Shown here one piece after another: positions 1-8,766 of a stretch of DNA of 58,125 nt. The stretch is taken from the IMG/VR virus record IMGVR_UViG_3300020470_004573, positions 1 to 58,125 of that record; one strand, 5' to 3'. Position numbers and translations under genes: made by a program. Position 1 is the stretch's first letter, and the number at the start of each line of letters is the position of its first letter. Source of the stretch: a virus (lineage: Duplodnaviria > Caudoviricetes). The notes beneath the pieces were generated by a model, which saw only the letters and a program-made list of their open reading frames with translations, made no database searches and was not told the DNA's origin.

Positions 1-1481
1 AATCTAACAGAAACAGGACATTGTTTACTGATAGTACCATCCTTATGATTAATCTGTTTAAACTTACCTTCTCTTTCTATCCAATAATCTGTACCATTTA
101 TTTCAAGATTAAGTTTAGCTTTAAATTTTTTCTGTTTCTTATTTAATACATCAATAGCCCGCATTGTTCTACTACAAACATCATAAATTGTATATGCAAT
201 AGAATCCATAAGTGCTGATTTACCTGAATGATTTGGTGCAACAACACCGACAGTTCCATTTAACTTTGTAAAGTCTACTTTATTATTACTACCATAACTA
301 AACATATTATCAAACTCAAATGATTTAACTTTCCAATCTACATTCCTTGTAACATCACCATCATATATTTCCGGTGAATTATTTGTCATTTCATTTATTT
401 TTTGTACACGAGATATTACTTTATCATCTATTCCATCGACATTTCTTTTTAAGAAATCTTCTAATAGTTCATTTTGATAATTTATATCTCTCACATCACC
501 GATGTCTAATTTATTATCCCTATCATCTCCTATCTTAAAAGCATCTTGTCTTTCTGCTACTACTTCTCTTAACTTTGGATATTTTCTTGTTAACTTTATT
601 TGAATTTTTTTAATATCATCAAGAGTCGTGTTCCAATATTTTATTTTAACTCTACCTTTTGGTGGCATAAATGTAAATTCAAATGGTTTATTATTAGTTG
701 TCGAATTTTTTATTTCCCCATTTTCTACTCGTAAGATTTTATATCCATAATCATTCTGAACAGGATGAAATTCGGCTTTCTTTTTTTCCACATCCCATAA
801 TAAGAATCCGTGTTCAGGTGCTTCAGCAAAATTCTGTTGAATCAATGAACCTGGATATGCAATAGTTTCTTCTTCATTTAAGAATTGTCTTTTATGTATG
901 TCACCCAACAACACCATATCATATCCTTCAAATGTATCAATCTTTACATGCTCATCTCTTACTACAAAGTTATTATCATATTGATGTTTATCTACACCAC
1001 CGTGAAATAGAGCAATTTTGTGTTTATTCGTGAGGTTTTTGGGGTCAGGTAGTCCACTTGTCAACTGATTACCTTGTTTATCGTGGTCAAATATAGACAT
1101 ATGACCAAAGTCAATATTATCCATTGTGTAGACACCTGACTTTTTCCAGTAATGTAAATTAGGTGTAATCTTTTGTACTAAATCAACTATAGGTGAAAGT
1201 GTATCTTCTCTTGATTTGTTGTTTAGATTACAATCGTGATTACCTGGTATAATAATTGTAGGAGCAATCTTACTTAACTCTAAAAAGAAGTTTGCAACCA
1301 TTCTTACTTCTTCAGGTGATGTATCGAGTTTACCATGAACAACATCTCCACCAATATAGATAGCATCTGGTTTTAATTGTTTTAGTTGTTTATACAAGTT
1401 TTTAAATACCTGTCTATACTCTACAAATCTATGTAATTTTCTAATATGTATATCTGCTAAATGTGCAATTGTTTTAATCAC
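1..1481 (-). CDS. SbcD/Mre11-like nuclease fused to SbcC/Rad50-like ATPase (3'-truncated by window edge)
   Basis: Not in ORF track. AGGAG RBS then GTG at 1481: MIKTIAHLADIHIR...GGDVVH...PGNHD (metallophosphoesterase motifs). The same frame later reads WKVKSFEFDNMFSYG...VVAPNHSGKSALMD (Rad50 N-terminus with Walker A). Confidence 0.9.
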   Translation of the reverse strand, partial: MIKTIAHLADIHIRKLHRFVEYRQVFKNLYKQLKQLKPDAIYIGGDVVHGKLDTSPEEVRMVANFFLELSKIAPTIIIPGNHDCNLNNKSREDTLSPIVDLVQKITPNLHYWKKSGVYTMDNIDFGHMSIFDHDKQGNQLTSGLPDPKNLTNKHKIALFHGGVDKHQYDNNFVVRDEHVKIDTFEGYDMVLLGDIHKRQFLNEEETIAYPGSLIQQNFAEAPEHGFLLWDVEKKKAEFHPVQNDYGYKILRVENGEIKNSTTNNKPFEFTFMPPKGRVKIKYWNTTLDDIKKIQIKLTRKYPKLREVVAERQDAFKIGDDRDNKLDIGDVRDINYQNELLEDFLKRNVDGIDDKVISRVQKINEMTNNSPEIYDGDVTRNVDWKVKSFEFDNMFSYGSNNKVDFTKLNGTVGVVAPNHSGKSALMDSIAYTIYDVCSRTMRAIDVLNKKQKKFKAKLNLEINGTDYWIEREGKFKQINHKDGTISKQCPVSVR

Positions 1482-1499
1482 TTAAGTTCTCCTAATTTA

Positions 1500-2240
1500 T
1501 TAATGCCACCACCTATCATCAACTTCGACTTTTGTAACATTTGGTTCTACCCATAAGTTTAAAATATATTTACTATTACTCAATGGTATATGTCCTTTAT
1601 GTTTATGAGTAGCATAAACTGGCCAAACCACCGCAGTACCTTTTTTAGGTTTAATTTTTAATTTCTGATAATACCATTCAGTCTCTCCACCCTTTTCGAC
1701 ATCATTTAAATAAAACATTATTACATGTGACCTTTTTAACCAAGTGTTTGACCTAATATCAAAATCAGAATGAAATATATGATAACCTTGATTTTCAATT
1801 TTTTCATATTTTTTTATTAACATATAAGGTTGTATGTTAAAACACCTTTTCAAATATCTCATATTTCTAACTTTAGGTAATTCTTCGACTGGCCAATAAT
1901 TTATTTCTTTTAGGTTTATAAATTCTCCGTGAAAATCATATTTTTCATCATATCTCATTAATGTATTATAACCAGCATCATATATTTTTTCTAAAATTGG
2001 GTCATAGGGTTGCCCATCATAAAATGACATTGAAGAATTTGGAGAATTATCATAATTTTGTCTCCATCTTTTTAAAAGGTCAAAGTCCCAACTATCTTTA
2101 ATTTCAGGCCTATGTAATCCACCAGTTGTTACTCCTTTATAAGTTTTATAATCTCCGTGATAATGTTCAAATTCATTAACAAGTAAATCACACAAATCAT
2201 CACTTAAAGCGTTTTCATATATTTCAATAAAATTATCCAT
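1500..2240 (-). CDS. 2OG-Fe(II) oxygenase (prolyl-4-hydroxylase-like, marine phage type)
   Basis: HxD (FHSD), YLNDVEKGGETEW, distal His (HKHKGH) and SKYI motifs. Confidence 0.85.
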   Translation of the reverse strand: MDNFIEIYENALSDDLCDLLVNEFEHYHGDYKTYKGVTTGGLHRPEIKDSWDFDLLKRWRQNYDNSPNSSMSFYDGQPYDPILEKIYDAGYNTLMRYDEKYDFHGEFINLKEINYWPVEELPKVRNMRYLKRCFNIQPYMLIKKYEKIENQGYHIFHSDFDIRSNTWLKRSHVIMFYLNDVEKGGETEWYYQKLKIKPKKGTAVVWPVYATHKHKGHIPLSNSKYILNLWVEPNVTKVEVDDRWWH

Positions 2241-2988
2241 TAAGTTCTAATTCTTTTAATATTTTTATTGTTTTTTCCCAACCTTCTGTTTGATAATAAC
2301 TACAATTATCTGTTTCGTTCATTAGTTTTGCAAGTGGATAATCATTACCACTTTTATCTGTTCTGTCTCCTATAAAGATATATTCATCCATAGATGAAAC
2401 TATATTATCATCTCTTATGTGACTCAATACTTGTGATTTATCCATCCCCTTCGGATAAATATCAATTGATATTTGTCCACCAAGTACTGCATCTAATTCA
2501 GGGAACTTCTCTTTTATAGCAGTAGCTATTTTTTTTCTTTCACCATTTTTATTATCCCACTCAAAAAATATTTCTCTCTGCATTTGATTACAATCTCTAC
2601 CCACAATACTAAAATTAACCATAGAACCTCTATCCTCAATATGATTCCCATACCTATCTGGATAAGGACTGGCCATTAATACAACATTTAACATTGTCTT
2701 TAATTTATCAGTTAATTCAAATTTATTATCATATATTAAATCACAATGTTTTGGGTGAACGGCTGGGTCTGATTGCCAAAATTGATTTCCACAACAAGTA
2801 AAAATACCACTTGAATGTATTTCCATACTATTCATTTGTTCTTGTAACTTTGGTAAATCAGAACCTGTAACTAAATAAAAATTATTTCTTTTGACCCATT
2901 CTTCAAAAAAGTTTTTAAATTTTTCTGTCATTTGTAGTCTCGATGGTGTTAATGTACCATCAACATCAAATATATATATTTTTTCCAT
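2233..2988 (-). CDS. HAD-IIB phosphomannomutase (eukaryotic PMM-like)
   Basis: FDVDGTLT, VTGSDL, IEDRGSMVNFSIVGR, GGQISIDIYPKGMDK, FIGDRTDKSGNDYP match the PMM1/PMM2-family motifs. Confidence 0.85.
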   Translation of the reverse strand: MEKIYIFDVDGTLTPSRLQMTEKFKNFFEEWVKRNNFYLVTGSDLPKLQEQMNSMEIHSSGIFTCCGNQFWQSDPAVHPKHCDLIYDNKFELTDKLKTMLNVVLMASPYPDRYGNHIEDRGSMVNFSIVGRDCNQMQREIFFEWDNKNGERKKIATAIKEKFPELDAVLGGQISIDIYPKGMDKSQVLSHIRDDNIVSSMDEYIFIGDRTDKSGNDYPLAKLMNETDNCSYYQTEGWEKTIKILKELELNG

Positions 2989-3887
2989 TATGCTCCTATT
3001 TTCATTTTAATAAATGAAACTATCTCACCTGCTATATTCTTTTTTGTGAAAGTTTCCATACCTTCGAAACCAGGATTAGAATTAACCTCACATATTTTAT
3101 AACCATCCCCATCAAATAATAAGTCAACTCCTGATATATCTAAATCAAGTGCTTTAGATGATTCAATTGATAACCATTCAATCTGTTCATTTACTTCATA
3201 TGGGATACCTTCACCACCCCTTGTAATATTAGCTCTAAAATCATCATCAGTAGCTTGTCTCATCATACAACCTACTACTTTATTGTTTACGACTAATACT
3301 CGTAAGTCTTTACCCCAAGTATCTTTTATAAATTCTTGAATGATAATATTATAACCTGGTTTTGTTAATTCAGCCATAGTTAAAAGTTGTTTAAATTGTT
3401 TTTTAGTTTCTGCTAAAAATACACCTCTACCATAACTACCACTTATTGTTTTAACTATAACTGGAAACCCAATATGTTTTTCTACAAAATCTACATCAAT
3501 TGGATGTTTTAATAACATAGTATTTGGTATGTCTAAATTTGATTGTGCTAATATTTGGTGTGAATATAACTTATCTTTTACATTATCTATTGCATCACTT
3601 GTATTAATTACAGGTACTCCCATTCTTTCAAAGTGTCGTATAACTGCTTTTATATGGTATGTTGTTCCACTACCTGTTCTTGGAAATACAAACTTTGGTA
3701 AATCACTCGGTTCACCATTTACTAATATTGATTGTCTATTTTCTTTGTTTACAAAAATATCAATTGTATTTGGGTCTACAAGTTGAATCTCAATATCTTG
3801 TTTTTGAAATTCTTCAATTAGTCTATTGGTTTCATAAGCTTTCCAAAACTTATCTTTAACTAATATCCAACCAAATCTACTAGCCAT
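2988..3887 (-). CDS. rimK: RimK/LysX-family ATP-grasp amino-acid ligase
   Basis: DKLYSHQIL, FPVIVKTISGSYGRGV, IIQEFI, DLRVLVV, DFRANITRGG, GVDLL, CEVNSNPGFEG. Confidence 0.88.
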   Translation of the reverse strand: MASRFGWILVKDKFWKAYETNRLIEEFQKQDIEIQLVDPNTIDIFVNKENRQSILVNGEPSDLPKFVFPRTGSGTTYHIKAVIRHFERMGVPVINTSDAIDNVKDKLYSHQILAQSNLDIPNTMLLKHPIDVDFVEKHIGFPVIVKTISGSYGRGVFLAETKKQFKQLLTMAELTKPGYNIIIQEFIKDTWGKDLRVLVVNNKVVGCMMRQATDDDFRANITRGGEGIPYEVNEQIEWLSIESSKALDLDISGVDLLFDGDGYKICEVNSNPGFEGMETFTKKNIAGEIVSFIKMKIGA

Positions 3888-4800
3888 TCAATCTACCTTT
3901 TATTATATCTGAAAATTTTGATTGTTTAACATCACAAGTTAATTCCCAAAATTTATTAAAACCTAATTCGGAAGGGTCTTTTTGTCCCAACTCTAATAAG
4001 TATGCTTTGATTCCGTAATCCATTAAAAATTTAGTTAGTTTAACAGCATCTTGTTGTGCGTCTTGGTCAAGTGCAACATATATTGTTTTTACTTTCTTTT
4101 CTATTAATCTTTTTACTAATGTTTTACTTGGAAACTTACCTAATAAAGGTATTACATTTCTTCTAATTGAAATAGCATCAAACACACCTTCACATAAAAC
4201 AATTGGTTCATTCCAATTTATGAATAATTCAAAACACACTGTATCTTTTGACATTGGTGGATTTTTATATTTAAATTTTGAATTTGGAAACATATCTCTT
4301 GCTATAAAATAATTTAATTTACCTTCTACATCATAACTTGGTATAATAATTCTATTTCTATAATCACCACCATCACAATAACCTATAGAATACCTTAAAA
4401 TTTCTTTAGCACCTATACCTCTTTTATTTAAATAAGATAATGCATTTTTATATAAAGGGTCATTACTTTTTTTCCATAATGGTTTGTAAAATTGAGGTAA
4501 AGATACTTGATATTCAGTAACTTCTTTTTTATCTTTAGAATAAGAAACATATTCATTAAGAAGTTTTAAAGCTTCTTTTATAATCTCTCTTGATGCATTT
4601 ATTTTTCTTAATAAAATTGATATTTTATGACCACCTTTATTACATACCCAACAATGCCACTTTTGAGTATCAAAGTTTACTTGAAGTTTTTTCTTGTGAT
4701 GATTACAAAATGGACAATGGAAAGCATTCTCTCCATTTTTCATTTGGTAACTATTACCTAAAACTTTTTCTAATAATGATGTCAATTCGTATTTATACAT
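3880..4800 (-). CDS. DNA primase (Zn finger + TOPRIM)
   Basis: CPFC...HCWVC zinc finger, RIIIP, KYKNP, EGVFDA, DQDA, KDPSE. Confidence 0.9.
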   Translation of the reverse strand: MYKYELTSLLEKVLGNSYQMKNGENAFHCPFCNHHKKKLQVNFDTQKWHCWVCNKGGHKISILLRKINASREIIKEALKLLNEYVSYSKDKKEVTEYQVSLPQFYKPLWKKSNDPLYKNALSYLNKRGIGAKEILRYSIGYCDGGDYRNRIIIPSYDVEGKLNYFIARDMFPNSKFKYKNPPMSKDTVCFELFINWNEPIVLCEGVFDAISIRRNVIPLLGKFPSKTLVKRLIEKKVKTIYVALDQDAQQDAVKLTKFLMDYGIKAYLLELGQKDPSELGFNKFWELTCDVKQSKFSDIIKGRLNG

Positions 4801-4806
4801 TTATAC

Positions 4807-4838
4807 AATATACGAAAGATTTAGTATATAAGTCAAGC
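4807..4838 (-). promoter_or_regulatory. sigma70-type promoter GCTTGACT-18-TATATT upstream of primase
   Basis: TTGACT (4836-4831), 18 nt spacer, TATATT (4812-4807); one of four similar copies. Confidence 0.7.
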
Positions 4839-5345
4839 TTTTTTATTTTTATATAAAGACATAACTAAACCATCGTACATATCGATATTTCTTTTATCCC
4901 AATTTCCTCGTGTAGTTGTTTTACACCATTTAGATGTAGTGTACATTTTTTCTATTTTTCTTTTAACTAAATCTTTAGCTTTTATACCTTTAACTCTTGC
5001 TACTCCAAATACTTGTTTCCGAGCAGTCATTGGATTTATATTATGAACTTCAAATTCAAAATTTTCTAATGTAAAACATAATATAGCATTAAATTTAGCT
5101 AACTTAATTATTGTTTGTTGAGATGTTCTTCCACCAGCAAAACCTGATAGATTATCTTCAACATTAATGTCCATCACATCATCTATATATTTAGATTGAT
5201 TTAAAAATTCAATAACCTTTTCTACTTTGTCTCTTGTTGTTTTTTCTTTTTTGATGTCGATGAATCCCATATCGAGAATCTTCTTATCTTCTGTGAATGC
5301 ATATCCGACACAAGTTGTTGATGCATCTAATCCTAATGAAACCAT
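4833..5345 (-). CDS. RuvC-like Holliday junction resolvase
   Basis: LGLDASTTCVGYA, acidic VEDN, NPMTARK, DMYDGL pattern of the RNase H-fold RuvC family. Confidence 0.75.
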   Translation of the reverse strand: MVSLGLDASTTCVGYAFTEDKKILDMGFIDIKKEKTTRDKVEKVIEFLNQSKYIDDVMDINVEDNLSGFAGGRTSQQTIIKLAKFNAILCFTLENFEFEVHNINPMTARKQVFGVARVKGIKAKDLVKRKIEKMYTTSKWCKTTTRGNWDKRNIDMYDGLVMSLYKNKKA

Positions 5346-5356
5346 TTGTCTCCTAT

Positions 5357-5767
5357 TTAAATTAGTCCTTTTTGTTTAAATCTATTTTTCCATTTAGTCC
5401 AATTCTTTTGACCAAAGTCTTCTGCCTCTATCTCATACTTGTTGTCTTTATATTCGTCTTTATCCATAGATATCTGTAAATTCATTTCGTATTCATACAT
5501 TTCTTTGAACTTTTTCCAACCATATTTTTTAGCATCCATAGCGTGATATATTTCGTGAAGCATTGTAATCAAAAACTCTTTTAATTGTCTGTTTTTAATA
5601 GTTTTATATCTTGTTGATAACTCTAATGTTCCTCTATCTACATCGTAATGTGCGTGATTTTTCATTGATTTCTGTTTTACTTTAACACTACCAACTTTAT
5701 AATATTTTAGTAATGTTGAAATCATTTGATTTTTATTATTTTGTGATATAAATTCTTTTATTAACAT
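5357..5767 (-). CDS. small zincin-like (HExxH) protein
   Basis: MLHEIYHAMD with downstream YEIEAE third-ligand motif. Confidence 0.6.
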   Translation of the reverse strand: MLIKEFISQNNKNQMISTLLKYYKVGSVKVKQKSMKNHAHYDVDRGTLELSTRYKTIKNRQLKEFLITMLHEIYHAMDAKKYGWKKFKEMYEYEMNLQISMDKDEYKDNKYEIEAEDFGQKNWTKWKNRFKQKGLI

Positions 5768-5776
5768 ATTACATAC

Positions 5777-5807
5777 AATATACGAAAGTTTTATTTAAAA
5801 AACAAGC
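5777..5807 (-). promoter_or_regulatory. sigma70-type promoter GCTTGTTT-17-TATATT
   Basis: Shares CTTTCGTATATTGTAT with the copy at 4807-4838; -10 box ends 9 nt before the ATG at 5767. Confidence 0.6.
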
Positions 5808-6802
5808 TAAAAATCTATTTGAATTTTAAATGTCATTTTTTGATTCATTAATTTTTGAATTGGTGATGGTAATCCAGCAATCATAATTAATTCATTTTCT
5901 TGATTATAAATACCTATTTTACTAACATAAGTTTTAAATTCATTTGTTCTAAATAGTGGTTTAATTGTATAATCTTTTACATTTCTAATACTTCCACTTT
6001 GATGATAAGATGGTAATCCAACATTAATCTGTTCCATTGTATTATGTTCGTAATTTTGTCCACCTGTAGAAAGAGGATTTTCATATCCTCTAGAATCATT
6101 AAACTTTGTAGTTTCTATACTTCCACTGTATAATACAGTAGGATTACTTGTTGTATTATATTCATGTGCCTCTAATACACAACTAATTTCCATTGTATTT
6201 ATTGTAGTCGTTGATTCGAAAGACATTGAAACACTTCCTGTAAGATTTGGATAACTCTTACCTGATTTAAAAGAAGCCGTTTCTGTAAGGACGGCTAATC
6301 CGTGTTCATAAAAAATATTTCCAACATAGTTATCTGATGATGATATTGAAGTTGCTCCACTTTGAGATAATATTAAATTACCTGTTCTATTAGTTGGGTA
6401 TAAATTACCATAACCATCATCTCTTATAGATATGTCAGTTCCACCATCAGAAGCTGTTAATGAAAATGAACCAGGTTTTATTCTTTCACCATAAACACTA
6501 CCCGATACTGAATATAGTACTCCTGAATTATTAAATTTATTTTTATGTTGAGGATTTGGGGCTTCTTGAGTATAAGAATACAAAGTACCTTTATTAGTAG
6601 ATGTGCAATTTCCACCATAAAAATGACTTTTATAAAAAAGATGATTTAAAGCATTGTAGTAAGCGGCTGTTTGTACTTCTCCATCAGAACCTTGTTGATA
6701 TTGAACAATTGATAGCCCATTAGATGAGCTATCAATTGTCGTAGTTTTATTTACTTGATTCTGTGAATATTGAATATCACTAGGTGAGAGTAATTTAGAC
6801 AT
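5807..6802 (-). CDS. virion/baseplate structural protein, tail-collar-like C-terminus
   Basis: EYNTTSNPT...YVSKIGIYNQENELIMIAGLPSPIQK, paralogous to 6820-7956; located in the structural block. Confidence 0.6.
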   Translation of the reverse strand: MSKLLSPSDIQYSQNQVNKTTTIDSSSNGLSIVQYQQGSDGEVQTAAYYNALNHLFYKSHFYGGNCTSTNKGTLYSYTQEAPNPQHKNKFNNSGVLYSVSGSVYGERIKPGSFSLTASDGGTDISIRDDGYGNLYPTNRTGNLILSQSGATSISSSDNYVGNIFYEHGLAVLTETASFKSGKSYPNLTGSVSMSFESTTTINTMEISCVLEAHEYNTTSNPTVLYSGSIETTKFNDSRGYENPLSTGGQNYEHNTMEQINVGLPSYHQSGSIRNVKDYTIKPLFRTNEFKTYVSKIGIYNQENELIMIAGLPSPIQKLMNQKMTFKIQIDF

Positions 6803-6819
6803 AACATATCCATATCCCT

Positions 6820-7956
6820 CTAACCATCAAGTTTAGCAGCGATTGTTAATTCCTTATTAAAGTTTTTCTTTTGAGGAACATTCAACTTAGCTACTGCAAT
6901 CAACTCTCCAAAACTATTGTATAATCCAATACCACTAACATATACAGTTGGGTCACCTTGCATATCTTCTAATATGTCACCAAGTGTTGAACCGCTTTGG
7001 ATAAATGTTGGGTTAGATGTAAAGTTATATTCATTATGATACATTCTACAATAGTAAGTTGTTTGATTTAAATCTTGTTCACTTCTTAATGTAATTGAAC
7101 CACTTTGAAGAGCTTTTACAAGTTTCATTTTATTGTCAGCTGTACCATCACTTCTTCGGTCAACTGCAAATCCAAAAGATGTATCACTGTATTTTGAACC
7201 TGATGTTACACCACCAACACCTTCAGCTGAACCTGTAGGACCTGGTATACTTGCAGATAATTTAGTTGCTGATAGAATAATTGTTCCCAAGTTTGGATAA
7301 AAATGTCCGTACACTGTATCCCACTTTAGATTTCCTCCGATATCATCGGCTGAAGTTGTACCACCATTAAGAGCTCCTCCACTACCTGAAACTACATAAT
7401 AGTAATCACCAGCTATTGATGGGAATCTACTTGCAGTATAGTTTGTTAAAACTAATGTATGAGGTGTACCTTTGGTTGCAATTGCACCGGCCGCACCTGA
7501 ACCTGTGATAGAACCACTTAATTCAAGTGTGAATTTAGTGTGAACTCTATCTTTCATTTTATCTGTTTTAACTACAAGACCATATATTTCATCTTCTTGA
7601 AATGAGTTACTTCCAGAAATGTCAGTAAAGTTGAATTTAGCATAAGGGTCATCTAACAATATATTAGAAAATTGTTTATATATTGTTTCCGTCTCCCTTA
7701 AGTCATTCGTTCCACCATTAGAACCATAGTTATTAGCACTTCCAAAGAAAACATCAAAGTAAGACACTGCAGAAGCGTCTGAATTGACTTTATCCTGTAT
7801 TGTATAATAATAAGAATTATTAGAAGAACTAATCGATGCGGTATAAACAGAACTACCTGCTAATTGTCCTGCACCGTTCGCGAATATTCCAGCAGTCAAC
7901 TTTGTTGTATCTGTAAAAATATCATTATTAGTTAGTTGTTTAAATATTGTTGCCAT
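6820..7956 (-). CDS. virion/baseplate structural protein, tail-collar-like C-terminus
   Basis: EYNFTSNPTF...YVSGIGLYNSFGELIAVAKLNVPQKK resembles the second half of the P2 gpH-type tail-collar domain; S/G/T-rich. Confidence 0.6.
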   Translation of the reverse strand: MATIFKQLTNNDIFTDTTKLTAGIFANGAGQLAGSSVYTASISSSNNSYYYTIQDKVNSDASAVSYFDVFFGSANNYGSNGGTNDLRETETIYKQFSNILLDDPYAKFNFTDISGSNSFQEDEIYGLVVKTDKMKDRVHTKFTLELSGSITGSGAAGAIATKGTPHTLVLTNYTASRFPSIAGDYYYVVSGSGGALNGGTTSADDIGGNLKWDTVYGHFYPNLGTIILSATKLSASIPGPTGSAEGVGGVTSGSKYSDTSFGFAVDRRSDGTADNKMKLVKALQSGSITLRSEQDLNQTTYYCRMYHNEYNFTSNPTFIQSGSTLGDILEDMQGDPTVYVSGIGLYNSFGELIAVAKLNVPQKKNFNKELTIAAKLDG

Positions 7957-7976
7957 TCTTCATTTCTCCTTATTTA

Positions 7977-8636
7977 TTATGTTTGGATAACACTGTTAGG
8001 TTCAACTGTCACAGGAACTTCAGACCTTGCGTTTGTTGAAGTACCGATTATAATAATTTTGGTTTCCCAATTATAAGCTGTATTATTCCATTTAGGTGTC
8101 ACTTCGATTGTAGCATTAGTAGCAACTTCAAAAGCTTTTGCATAAGTAAATCCAGATTGACCTATAAAGTTTTGAACTGCTAATGGGTTTACATCTATCA
8201 TTTGAGCACCTGGAGCATTTATATCAGCTTTGGTGTTATCCAATAATATTACTTTCATTCTTGGTTCGTCAATACCTTGAATAGTAACATTCAATTGAGT
8301 AACCGACTCTATGAATTTTAACTCCACAGATGTCGGATTCAGAACGAATGTAGCCATTCTTATTTGACCTCTATCTAAATCTTTAATTAGATTGTATTTA
8401 GCCTGAAATATAGCACTTGTTACAGGCTCTAATAATGGAAGAGCTTCTATCGCTTTTCCATAATACAAATTTCCATCGGTATGACCAGTATTCCACAAGG
8501 AATAATCAATTTCATCATCCAATGGAGAAAATCTTGCTATTGTAAATCTTGTTTGGTCTGTTAACAGATACTTCTTACCTAAGTCAGTAAGCTTCGCGTG
8601 TACTGTTACAACACCATTTTTTAATTGAAATCCCAT
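7977..8636 (-). CDS. virion structural protein, tail-collar-like N-terminus
   Basis: AKLTDLGKKYL...FTIARFSPLDDEIDY; AAGGAG RBS upstream. Confidence 0.5.
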   Translation of the reverse strand: MGFQLKNGVVTVHAKLTDLGKKYLLTDQTRFTIARFSPLDDEIDYSLWNTGHTDGNLYYGKAIEALPLLEPVTSAIFQAKYNLIKDLDRGQIRMATFVLNPTSVELKFIESVTQLNVTIQGIDEPRMKVILLDNTKADINAPGAQMIDVNPLAVQNFIGQSGFTYAKAFEVATNATIEVTPKWNNTAYNWETKIIIIGTSTNARSEVPVTVEPNSVIQT

Positions 8637-8700
8637 TATTAATCTCCTTGATTTTTTTCAAAACTCATATTTTGGATCTACTTATAAAACATTAGTTTTA

Positions 8701-8720
8701 TTTATTCGTATATAAATATA
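8701..8720 (-). promoter_or_regulatory. putative late promoter (coding strand TATATTTATATACGAATAAA)
   Basis: 19/20 identical to 49041-49060; intergenic, upstream of structural genes. Confidence 0.55.
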
Positions 8721-8766
8721 TAATTAATTAAAAAATTGTTTTATTTTTGTTCAGTTTTTTTATGTT

